DNA of 24,000 bases. Source: Chloroflexota bacterium. GTDB lineage: Bacteria > Chloroflexota > Dehalococcoidia > DSTF01 > JACRBR01. The stretch's first letter is position 1, and the number at the start of each line of letters is the position of its first letter. Made by a program: the position numbers and the translations under genes. This document shows, piece after piece, positions 1-6,530 of this stretch. The notes beneath the pieces are model-generated. The model was given only the letters and a program-made list of their open reading frames with translations, searched no databases and was not told the origin of the DNA. Where the stretch lies: assembly GCA_025355835.1 (NCBI GenBank), contig JANXYW010000301.1, positions 1-24,000 on the forward strand, read 5' to 3'.

Positions 1-82
1 TTCGATCGGGGTTCCACAGCGCCATCGTACCGGGGCCGCCGTATGAGTCACAGCCGCGTCGCGGTGTGCGGTGACGGACGGC

Positions 83-147
83 AACCCGCCGAAGGGGGCG
101 GCGGGGAGCGTCCCTGCTTCGGACGCCACCTTACCCTTCGGCGGGTT
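83..147. repeat. Long compound inverted repeat (GC-rich extended hairpin), function unknown
   Basis: Outer arms AACCCGCCGAAGGG (83-96) and CCCTTCGGCGGGTT (134-147) are perfect 14-nt reverse complements. An inner pair GCGTCC (108-113) / GGACGC (121-126) is nested inside. An unusually AT-rich stretch follows at ~165-215. Confidence 0.6.
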
Positions 148-235
148 ACTTCGTCGAACGGATACTAATCCAAGAATGCGCGTACGTGTTGAAATATTAT
201 GTGTAATCCGCAGGTGGACGGGTGGTCCGAGCGAA

Positions 236-397
236 TTACGCAGCTTTGAGGCGGCTCGGCTGCTCGTCGGCGTCCGTGTGCACCGCATCGGTCGCGCCGG
301 CGTCGTCGTTCGACGAGAGGCTGCGGCTCCAGAATTGGTGCAAGAGATACGCGCTGGATGCGACGACGAGAATGCCGAGTGCGATGAAGAACTGCAT
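236..397 (-). CDS. Hypothetical small membrane protein (53 aa; one N-terminal TM helix, acidic tail)
   Basis: Internal ATG of the 236..520 ORF, preceded by AAGAAGGA with a 4-nt spacer. Product is MQFFIALGILVVASSAYLLHQFW... followed by a D/A/T-rich tail. Third codon positions are mostly G/C like neighbouring genes. No family recognised. Confidence 0.4.
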   Translation of the reverse strand: MQFFIALGILVVASSAYLLHQFWSRSLSSNDDAGATDAVHTDADEQPSRLKAA

Positions 398-422
398 GTC
401 GTCCTTCTTTGCTGCGGTTGGT

Positions 423-456
423 GTGGCCTGGCCTTGAACGGCCAAGGCCAGGCCAC
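423..456 (-). terminator. Candidate intrinsic terminator hairpin (14-bp perfect stem, 6-nt loop, no U-tract)
   Basis: GTGGCCTGGCCTTG (423-436) / CAAGGCCAGGCCAC (443-456) are perfect complements. Lies downstream of the H1-like gene. Confidence 0.45.
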
Positions 457-489
457 AAAGTCGTACGTCGTTCGGTTTCGGAGGCGTGC

Positions 490-517
490 GGGTGGCGGCC
501 GGGGACTGCCGCCACCC
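490..517 (-). terminator. Candidate intrinsic terminator hairpin just after the H1-like gene stop (10-bp GC stem, 8-nt loop, no U-tract)
   Basis: GGGTGGCGGC (490-499) / GCCGCCACCC (508-517) are perfect complements. The hairpin begins 8 nt after the TAG at 525-527. Confidence 0.5.
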
Positions 518-524
518 CACAAAC

Positions 525-821
525 CTACTTCTTCTTCGCCGCCGGCTTCTTGGCCGCAGTCTTCTTTGCGGCCGGCTTCCGGGACTTCGCCGCAGCAGCC
601 TTCAACGGCTTCTTGGCGGCCGGCTTCTTCTTTGCGACAACCTTCTTCTTGGCGGCCGGCTTCTTCTTTGCGACAGCCTTCTTGGCTGCCGGCTTCTTCT
701 TGGCTACGGCCTTCTTGGCCGCCGGCTTCTTCGCTGCCGGCTTCTTGGCTACGGCCTTCTTGGCCGCTGGCTTCTTCTTGGCTGCCGGCTTCTTCGCTGC
801 CGGCTTCTTCGCTACAGCCAT
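525..821 (-). CDS. Histone H1-like Lys/Ala/Pro-repeat basic protein (98 aa)
   Basis: Product MAVAKKPAAKKPAAKKKPAAKKAVAKK... is almost entirely AKKP/AKKA repeats. AGGAGG lies 9 nt upstream of the ATG at 821. The ORF-track start at 899 would overlap the nrdJ 3' end and lacks an SD. Confidence 0.8.
   Translation of the reverse strand: MAVAKKPAAKKPAAKKKPAAKKAVAKKPAAKKPAAKKAVAKKKPAAKKAVAKKKPAAKKKVVAKKKPAAKKPLKAAAAKSRKPAAKKTAAKKPAAKKK
540..815. repeat. Degenerate 15-18-nt tandem codon repeats (GCCGGCTTCTT-type units) encoding the (P)AAKK repeats
   Basis: Repeated cttcttggc(c/t)gccggcttctt units are visible across 540-815. They generate low-complexity shadow ORFs on the opposite strand. Confidence 0.8.
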
Positions 822-864
822 TGTTCCCTGCCTCCTGTCTTCCTTGACTCTTGTGCTCCCACCG

Positions 865-3654
865 TTAGGAGCAGCCACTCGTACTACCGCAGTTATCACA
901 GCGGTAACACGTCCCCGACCTCATCATGATCCAGCCGCAGCTGGCACACGCGGGCGCATCCGCGTGCCCGTTGCCACGCGAGGCCTTGTACACAAGCGGC
1001 ACCACATCGGCCGCGCTGGTCTGCGCGTGTCCGTTGGTGCTGCCGTTGCTACCGGCGGCCGCTGTCGCGGGTGTTCCTCCGAACGGTAGCGGGTACTGCC
1101 CCGCCGCAAGCGCGGCCTTGATCTCCGGCGTCATCACGCCGACTTCATACGCTTCTTCCGGCGACATGTAGCGGCTCGCCAGCCACCGGAAGACGTAGTC
1201 GATGATCGATTGCGCGACCGGGATGTCCCGGTTCTCCGTGCGCCCCATCGGCTCGAACCGCATGTGGCTGAAGTTGCGCACCAGGTCTTGCACGGGAACG
1301 CCGTACTGCAATGCGTACGACACCGCGCGCCCGAACGCTTCCATCAGCCCGCTCACCGTCGAGCCCTGCTTTGCCATCGACAGGAAGATCTCGCCCGGCG
1401 TTCCGTCGTCGTACAGGCCGACGGTGATGTACCCGTCGTGCCCTTCGATGCAGAACTTGTGCGTGACCGAACTGCGGGTATCGCTCATCTTGCGGCGGAT
1501 TGGCCGCTGTTCTTCGGGCACATCCGCGGCGGCTACTTTGCCGCTCGATGTCGAAAGCGGCTGCACCGTCTTCGAGCCGTCGCGGTAGATGGCGATAGCT
1601 TTGATCCCGTGGCGCCACGCCTCAACGTAGGTGCTGGCAACATCCTCGATAGTTGCCTCGTTAGGGAGGTTCACCGTCTTGGAGATCGCACCCGAGATGA
1701 ATGGCTGTGCGGCGCCCATCATCTTGATGTGGCCCATGTGGTGGATCGAGCGCTCACCATGCTCGGCGCGGAACGCGCAGTCGAACACCGCCAGGTGTTC
1801 CGGCTGCAACGCGGGTGCGCCTTCGATGGTGCCGGTGTCGTCGATGTGGCGGATGATCGCTTCGATCTCCGCAGGTGCGTAGCCCAGACGCTTCAGTGCG
1901 CGCGGTACCGTCTGGTTGACGATCTTCATCATGCCGCCGCCGACGAGCTTCTTGTATTTCACCAGCGCGATGTCCGGCTCAACACCCGTCGTGTCGCAAT
2001 CCATCATGAACGCAATTGTCCCTGTTGGTGCGAGCACAGTGGCCTGCGCATTTCGATATCCAAACTTCTGTCCCAACTCCAACGCATCATCCCACGCACG
2101 TTGCGCCGCGTCGACCATGTGCGACGGCGCAAGTGCTGTATCTATTGTACGCGATGCGTCACGGTGTTTCGCAATGACGCGCAACATCGGCTCGCGATTT
2201 TCGTGGAATGCGTCGAACGGACCGACCCGCTGCGCGATCGCGGCGGACGTTGCGTACGCGTGTCCCGTCATCAGCGCCGTGATCGCGCCGGCGTACGCGC
2301 GGCCTTCATCGGAGTCGTACGGAAGTCCCAACGACATCAACAGCGCGCCGAGGTTCGCGTATCCCAGACCGAGCTGCCGCATCGCCCGCGTGTTCTCTTC
2401 GATCTTCTTCGTGGGATAGCTGGAGTTGCCGACGATGATCTCCTGCGCCCAAATCGAAACCGTCACGGCGCGCCGGAACATCTCGACATCGAACGTTCCG
2501 TCCTCATCGATGAACTTCATCAGGTTCAGCGAAGCGAGATTGCACGCCGAGTTGTCGATGTGCATGTACTCCGAGCACGGGTTGCTGGCGTTGATCCGCG
2601 CCGTGTTCGCGCAGGTGTGCCAGGCGTTCACCGTCGTGTCGTACTGCATGCCCGGATCGCCGCACTCCCACGCCGCCGCGGCCATCCGCTGCAGCAGGTC
2701 GCGCGCGTTAACCGTGCGCACAGTCGCGCCACCGACGGTCGCCTTCAGATCCCAGTCGCGGCCATCGACCGCCGCCTCCATGAAGGCGTCGGTCACGCGG
2801 ATCGAATTGTTGGCGTTCTGGAACTGGATCGACGACCAGGCGTCGCCGTTGAGCGACATGTCCCAGCCCGCCTGACCCAGCGCGAACGCCTTGCGCTCCT
2901 CGTTCACCTTGCAGTCGATGAAGTCCTCAATGTCGGCGTGATCCGCGTTCAAGACGACCATCTTGGCCGCCCGACGCGTCTTGCCGCCCGACTTGATGGA
3001 GCCGGCGATGCTGTCCGCTCCACGCATGAAGCTAATCGGTCCCGAAGCCTGGCCGCCTGCCGAGAGCTGCTCCTGGCTGGATCGGATCGGTGAAAGGTTG
3101 ATGCCCGAACCGGAACCGCCCTTGAAGATCATCCCCTCGGTCTTGCACCAATCGAGGATCGATTCCATCGTGTCGTCCACCGACAGGATGAAGCAGGCCG
3201 AACACTGCGGCTTTTCTTCGACGCCGACGTTGAACCAGACCGGACTGTTGAACGCCATCTTCTGGTTCAGCAGCAAGTGCGTCAACTCGTCGCGAAACGT
3301 CTGCGACTCCGCCGCGTCGTTGAAGTAGTTGTCCTTGATGCCCCAGTCCGTGATCGTCCCCGCGACGCGGCCGATCAATTGGCGCACGCTGCGCTCGCGC
3401 TGGTCGCTGCCCAGTGGCCCCCGGAAGTACTTCGACACCACGACGTTCGTCGCCGTCTGCGACCACGTTGCGGGGATCTCCACGTCCTTCTGCTCGAAGA
3501 AGGCGTTGCCGCTCTCGTCGGCGATGATGGCGGTGCGCATCTCCCATTCGAGTGCGTCGTACGGATCATCGCCGCTGCGCGTGAAGAAGCGCTCGACGGT
3601 GAAGGCAGTGCTCGTAAGTGTTCGTCGTACGTCTGGTTCGGCCTGGAGCACCAT
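865..3654 (-). CDS. nrdJ: Class II (adenosylcobalamin-dependent) ribonucleotide reductase NrdJ, 929 aa
   Basis: N-terminus FTRSGDDPYDALEWEMRTAII...VVVSKYFRG, then GGSGSGINLSPIRS and the active-site NPCSEY...CNLASLNL. C-terminal Cys-rich tail CASCGWIMMRSGTCYRCDNCGSTSGCS (CX2CX10CX2CX2C). SD GAAGGAAGGGA sits ~9 nt before the ATG at 3654. Confidence 0.95.
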   Translation of the reverse strand: MVLQAEPDVRRTLTSTAFTVERFFTRSGDDPYDALEWEMRTAIIADESGNAFFEQKDVEIPATWSQTATNVVVSKYFRGPLGSDQRERSVRQLIGRVAGTITDWGIKDNYFNDAAESQTFRDELTHLLLNQKMAFNSPVWFNVGVEEKPQCSACFILSVDDTMESILDWCKTEGMIFKGGSGSGINLSPIRSSQEQLSAGGQASGPISFMRGADSIAGSIKSGGKTRRAAKMVVLNADHADIEDFIDCKVNEERKAFALGQAGWDMSLNGDAWSSIQFQNANNSIRVTDAFMEAAVDGRDWDLKATVGGATVRTVNARDLLQRMAAAAWECGDPGMQYDTTVNAWHTCANTARINASNPCSEYMHIDNSACNLASLNLMKFIDEDGTFDVEMFRRAVTVSIWAQEIIVGNSSYPTKKIEENTRAMRQLGLGYANLGALLMSLGLPYDSDEGRAYAGAITALMTGHAYATSAAIAQRVGPFDAFHENREPMLRVIAKHRDASRTIDTALAPSHMVDAAQRAWDDALELGQKFGYRNAQATVLAPTGTIAFMMDCDTTGVEPDIALVKYKKLVGGGMMKIVNQTVPRALKRLGYAPAEIEAIIRHIDDTGTIEGAPALQPEHLAVFDCAFRAEHGERSIHHMGHIKMMGAAQPFISGAISKTVNLPNEATIEDVASTYVEAWRHGIKAIAIYRDGSKTVQPLSTSSGKVAAADVPEEQRPIRRKMSDTRSSVTHKFCIEGHDGYITVGLYDDGTPGEIFLSMAKQGSTVSGLMEAFGRAVSYALQYGVPVQDLVRNFSHMRFEPMGRTENRDIPVAQSIIDYVFRWLASRYMSPEEAYEVGVMTPEIKAALAAGQYPLPFGGTPATAAAGSNGSTNGHAQTSAADVVPLVYKASRGNGHADAPACASCGWIMMRSGTCYRCDNCGSTSGCS

Positions 3655-3678
3655 GGTCGCGGAGTCCCTTCCTTCTTA

Positions 3679-3948
3679 CTAGCCTGCCTGTGATCTCATA
3701 TCGATAGTCGTGCCGGCGAGCCTTGCGACCGCGCGCCAACTGGTGATGTTCGCCTTGTATGCGGGAAGATCGTCCAACGCCGCGCCTGTCGTGCGCGCGA
3801 ACTCCCGCAGCTGGTGCATGTGCGCATCGGCCCGCGCGTGTATGTCATCGATCGTGCTGTTGTGAACCGCGCAGAGGAACGTAAACGCTTCCGCGCTGAT
3901 GTCAGCGACAGCCTGATTGAGAACCGCGTCCGCTGCAACAGTTGTCAT
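3679..3948 (-). CDS. Hypothetical protein (89 aa, probably helical), directly upstream of nrdJ
   Basis: Internal ATG (MTTVAADAVLNQ...) preceded by GAGAGGTGGA. The stop TAG lies 24 nt before the nrdJ ATG. GC3 is ~71% by hand count, lower than its neighbours. No family recognised. Confidence 0.55.
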   Translation of the reverse strand: MTTVAADAVLNQAVADISAEAFTFLCAVHNSTIDDIHARADAHMHQLREFARTTGAALDDLPAYKANITSWRAVARLAGTTIDMRSQAG

Positions 3949-4041
3949 TCCACCTCTCGAAGCGCTAACTCCACGCTCCGCATAACAAATCGACGCCGCC
4001 GGAGTCGCTGCTCGCGACTCACGCACGGCGTCGCTCCGAAC

Positions 4042-4332
4042 CTAGTTCCGCGCAGTGACCGCAGCCGCTGCCTGATACTCCTGCCAATTACGCGTCAGCT
4101 CGCGCGCGATGACGTCCGGCTTCAGCACCGCAAGACCGGCCGGCGAACGTCCCGCACGCAGCATCGAGAGCAGCATCTCGAACCGCGCTTCATCCATGCC
4201 GTCACGCAGACAGCTCGTCAGCAGCGCGATGCCATCCTCGATCGCGCGCCGGTCGCCGCCGTCGGGAAGCAGGGCGAGACGCCGCCGGAACCCGGTCACG
4301 ACTTCATCCATGAAGATCTCCATGCCTGGCAT
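4042..4332 (-). CDS. Hypothetical protein (96 aa)
   Basis: ATG at 4332 preceded by GAAGGGG; alternative ATGs at 4323 and 4311. G/C-rich third positions. No family recognised. Confidence 0.6.
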   Translation of the reverse strand: MPGMEIFMDEVVTGFRRRLALLPDGGDRRAIEDGIALLTSCLRDGMDEARFEMLLSMLRAGRSPAGLAVLKPDVIARELTRNWQEYQAAAAVTARN

Positions 4333-4375
4333 CCTGCCCCTTCACACCCGCTCCACCGCGGGTGCAGCTGCCTGC

Positions 4376-4765
4376 TTAACGCCCGCGCTCGGGCCGCACC
4401 GTGCTGTCTACGAGCCGCAAGCGCGGCTCTGCGACGGCATCCGGCTCCGTTGCTGCCTCGGATTCGCCGACGGGCTCGCTGTAGCCCGCCGCCATGTGCT
4501 CCGGCACGCTCTCGATGATTCGCAGCCGGTACACCGATACCCGCTGCTCCGTCGGTCCCTGGAGCTTGAACGTCAGATGCTTGTCGCTGATCGTGTACAT
4601 CGTGCCGTCGCCCAGTTCGAGGCGCAGCTCGCCACGCTCGCGCTCGAGCATGTGCATCTCCCACGAGGGCCACATCGTCACTTCGCCACGCTCACGGTTG
4701 ACCTCGCAAGGACCGTTCGCGATGAACTCGCCGGCTGCGTTCAGAAGTTTGCCTTCGATGCGCAC
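4376..4765 (-). CDS. Hypothetical protein (129 aa, acidic C-terminal tail)
   Basis: GTG at 4765 lies 6 nt after a perfect AAGGAG that overlaps the upstream gene's stop. Third positions are very G/C-rich. The ORF-track start at 4876 would overlap the upstream gene by ~100 nt. No family recognised. Confidence 0.65.
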   Translation of the reverse strand: MRIEGKLLNAAGEFIANGPCEVNRERGEVTMWPSWEMHMLERERGELRLELGDGTMYTISDKHLTFKLQGPTEQRVSVYRLRIIESVPEHMAAGYSEPVGESEAATEPDAVAEPRLRLVDSTVRPERGR

Positions 4766-4776
4766 GATGCTCTCCT

Positions 4777-5052
4777 TCAGCCGCTTACGCTGGCGACAAA
4801 GTCGCTCGGAATCCGCACGATCGGCCGCCACTCTTCGTCGGGCGCGTTCCGCACCCACGCCGTCTCGCAATCGCACGCCTCGCGGTTCGGCATGTTGATC
4901 AGCTTCACGCAGTGGATCACGGAACGCACTTCCATGCCCTCAGGCGCGGCCCCGTCGACGCCCTTCGCGTTCCAGAACGCCTTCGCTTCTTCGACCGTAG
5001 CGGCGCGGTTGTAGGCTTCCGACTTGCAAATGGCGCAACCCAACGTGTCCAT
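4777..5052 (-). CDS. Hypothetical small Cys-rich protein (91 aa; N-terminal CxxC, later HC and CxC)
   Basis: ATG at 5052 preceded by GGAGGTGAGGAG with a 4-nt spacer, 25 nt after the nrdR stop. Product is MDTLGCAICKSEAYNRAATVEEAKAFWNAKG...IHC...ACDCETAW. G/C-rich third positions. The longer ORF-track form overlaps nrdR out of frame. Confidence 0.65.
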   Translation of the reverse strand: MDTLGCAICKSEAYNRAATVEEAKAFWNAKGVDGAAPEGMEVRSVIHCVKLINMPNREACDCETAWVRNAPDEEWRPIVRIPSDFVASVSG

Positions 5053-5077
5053 AACGCTCCTCACCTCCACACTGCTG

Positions 5078-5719
5078 CTATCTGGCCTTACGTCTCTTCG
5101 TCTGCTCCCGCGGCGCATCGGCCTTGTCCCCGAGCGGGACAGGAGTCTGCACCGGCCGCACCGGGCGGCGGGTACGGGTTCGTACATTCGGTGCGGCCGG
5201 GCGCAGCCGAAGAGAAGGGGGAGAGAACTCGGGATCCATGAACGGCAGCTGCGCATCCGCAGGCCGCACGCCGGACGCCATCGATTCGAGCTCCTCCTGA
5301 AACGCAGCCAGGTCGGCGAATTGCCGGTACACACTGGCGAAACGCACGTACGCAATCGGGTCGAGCGTGTGGAGCCGTTCCATCACCAGCTCGCCGATCG
5401 TGGTCGACGGGATCTCCGGCACATTCGTCTGGTACAGCGCCGACTCGATGTCGGCTGCCAGCGCCTCGACGGCCCCGGCCGGCAGCGGACGCTTCTCGCA
5501 CGCCTTCCGCAGCCCGCCGAGTAGCTTCTCGCGAGAGAACTCCTCGCGGCGACCGTCCTTCTTCACCACGAACAGCGCCACCGACTGCACGCGCTCATGC
5601 GTCGTGAAGCGGCTCGCGCAGTCCGGGTTCAGACATTCGCGCCGGCGTCGAATCGTGTCGTCGACATCGCGAGAGTCGACCACCTTCGAATCGTGATAAC
5701 CGCAGAACGGACAACGCAT
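5078..5719 (-). CDS. nrdR: Transcriptional repressor NrdR (213 aa) with a long Arg/Pro-rich C-terminal extension
   Basis: Zn-ribbon MRCPFCGYHDSKVVDSR...CLNPDCASRFTTHERV followed by ATP-cone VVKKDGRREEFSREKLLGGLRKACEKRP...IAYVRFASVYRQF. About 60 extra residues follow the conserved core. Confidence 0.93.
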   Translation of the reverse strand: MRCPFCGYHDSKVVDSRDVDDTIRRRRECLNPDCASRFTTHERVQSVALFVVKKDGRREEFSREKLLGGLRKACEKRPLPAGAVEALAADIESALYQTNVPEIPSTTIGELVMERLHTLDPIAYVRFASVYRQFADLAAFQEELESMASGVRPADAQLPFMDPEFSPPSLRLRPAAPNVRTRTRRPVRPVQTPVPLGDKADAPREQTKRRKAR

Positions 5720-5776
5720 TGGCGGGGTGTGCCCTCTCCCTGCCGCCGGACGCCCTCGTCGTAGGCGGCAAGCGCG

Positions 5777-5805
5777 AGATTAACACTACATCTGGTATTT
5801 GTCAA
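5777..5805 (-). promoter_or_regulatory. Sigma70-type promoter of the nrdR operon (-35 TTGACA, 17-nt spacer, -10 TAATCT)
   Basis: The minus strand reads TTGACA (5805-5800), aataccagatgtagtgt, then TAATCT (5782-5777). It lies ~55 nt upstream of the nrdR ATG. Confidence 0.6.
5783..5798 (-). promoter_or_regulatory. NrdR-box-like palindrome 1 (ATACCAGATGTAGTGT), filling the -35/-10 spacer
   Basis: 12/16 match to the NrdR box consensus as I recall it (acaCwAtATaTwGtgt). Shares ACCAGAT.T.GTG with box 2. Confidence 0.55.
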
Positions 5806-5824
5806 CGGGGGGAACGCTGAATCA

Positions 5825-5840
5825 CCACAATATCTGGTGT
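5825..5840 (-). promoter_or_regulatory. NrdR-box-like palindrome 2 (ACACCAGATATTGTGG), upstream of the -35
   Basis: 13/16 match to the recalled consensus. Centre-to-centre distance to box 1 is 42 bp, about four helical turns. Confidence 0.55.
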
Positions 5841-5907
5841 CTGTTCACGCACAAGTCACATGTCCGCCACTCGCGCCGGCGGCTCAACACGACATAAGAA
5901 TCCTATA

Positions 5908-6139
5908 ACGGTGACCAAAGCAGCCAGCATGCCGCCAGATCGCCGTAGGGACAGGTCTTCAGACCTGTCCGTCTCCCCGAACCGCGGCCAGACGCCTTGC
6001 CCGGAAATGTGGGACATCCGCCCCCGACTGTTGAGCGCTGCTCGATCTGGTCGATCGTTCGGACATAAGGAGAGATGTCCCTGTTGCGGCACGCCACGGC
6101 GCGCCCGCCGAACGTCCGATCCCGAAGTCGTCACGCCGT
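5908..6139 (+). ncRNA. Candidate cobalamin-riboswitch-like structured RNA (tentative, no downstream plus-strand gene)
   Basis: Plus strand 6003-6037 GGAAATGTGGGACATCCGCCCCCGACTGTTGAGCG resembles the conserved GGGAA..GGTG.GAA.TCC..GC.G.CCCCGC.ACTGT.A core. GCCACGG (6093-6099) resembles GCCACTG. CCCGAAG (6121-6127) resembles the first half of the B12 box. ACGGTGAC (5908-5915) can pair with GTCAC/CGT (6130-6139) as a P1-like helix. The GGGAAGGC motif and the ACCTGCC half of the B12 box are absent. Confidence 0.3.
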
Positions 6140-6530
6140 CCGTGCTGTCGGCGCGAATTCGAACGTTCGGCGGCGGACCGAACGCGGGCGCAACAGGTTG
6201 CGCCCCTACAGCGAGGTGCCGGTCGACGCCAATGTAGTTGCCATAATCGACGGAGCGCCTTGGCAGAGATCGTGAGTTATGGAAATCTAACGCCACCGGC
6301 GCTACAATATCCGTCAGTAGCCTAGGCTCCCGGTTCTGTGGTATCTGCGCGTATCACCTCATCGGGTCGGGCTACTCTTTTCTTTCAGGCGCGAAGCGGG
6401 GCCGGATGTAGCGCGGACTTCTGTCCAGGCGATGCTCGACCGCCTCCAGCGCGAGAAATGGGTAGGCCGTGAGCGGCGTCATCTCCCAATTCCGACGCTC
6501 ACGGCCCTGTCTCTCCCTGGTGGGGGAGTT

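Noticed and set aside
1-30. TTCGATCGGGGTTCCA resembling a tRNA T-loop and 3' end
   Set aside because: The stem pair adjacent to the loop would be C:G rather than the conserved G53:C61. There is no CCA or acceptor logic, and the 5' part lies outside the window, so it cannot be supported.
71-1089. Plus-strand ORFs 71..847, 409..1089 and 486..929 with Ser/Pro/Ala/Leu or Phe/Ala/Gly repeats
   Set aside because: They are the antisense or offset reading of the AAKK codon repeats. The minus-strand H1-like frame has a perfect SD and sits in an operon context.
4109-5014. 301-aa plus-strand ORF across the small-ORF block
   Set aside because: It is antisense to four ORFs that each have an SD and strong G/C third-position bias. 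Its product is Ser/Arg/Ala-rich with no recognisable motif.
5950-5971. B12-box-like GTCTGAAGACCTGTCC on the minus strand, which would place a cobalamin riboswitch upstream of nrdR
   Set aside because: The sequence is one arm of a near-perfect palindromic hairpin (GGACAGGTC-n4-GACCTGTCC), so it reads similarly on both strands. The other conserved riboswitch motifs occur only on the plus strand. The nrdR promoter with its NrdR boxes lies downstream of it, so it would not be in the nrdR leader.
6075-6275. 66-aa plus-strand ORF preceded by AAGGAGAG
   Set aside because: The SD abuts the ATG with ~2 nt spacing. Both SD and ATG sit inside the hairpin GGACAT-AAGGAGAG-ATGTCC. The product is extremely Arg-rich and GC3 is only ~75% by hand count. 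It would also start inside the candidate riboswitch-like element.
5856-6296. 146-aa minus-strand ORF and the overlapping 125-aa plus-strand ORF (5860..6237)
   Set aside because: My hand count gives GC3 of ~64% for the minus ORF, about background, against much higher values in real genes here. There is no SD and no recognisable motifs, and the region is packed with hairpins.
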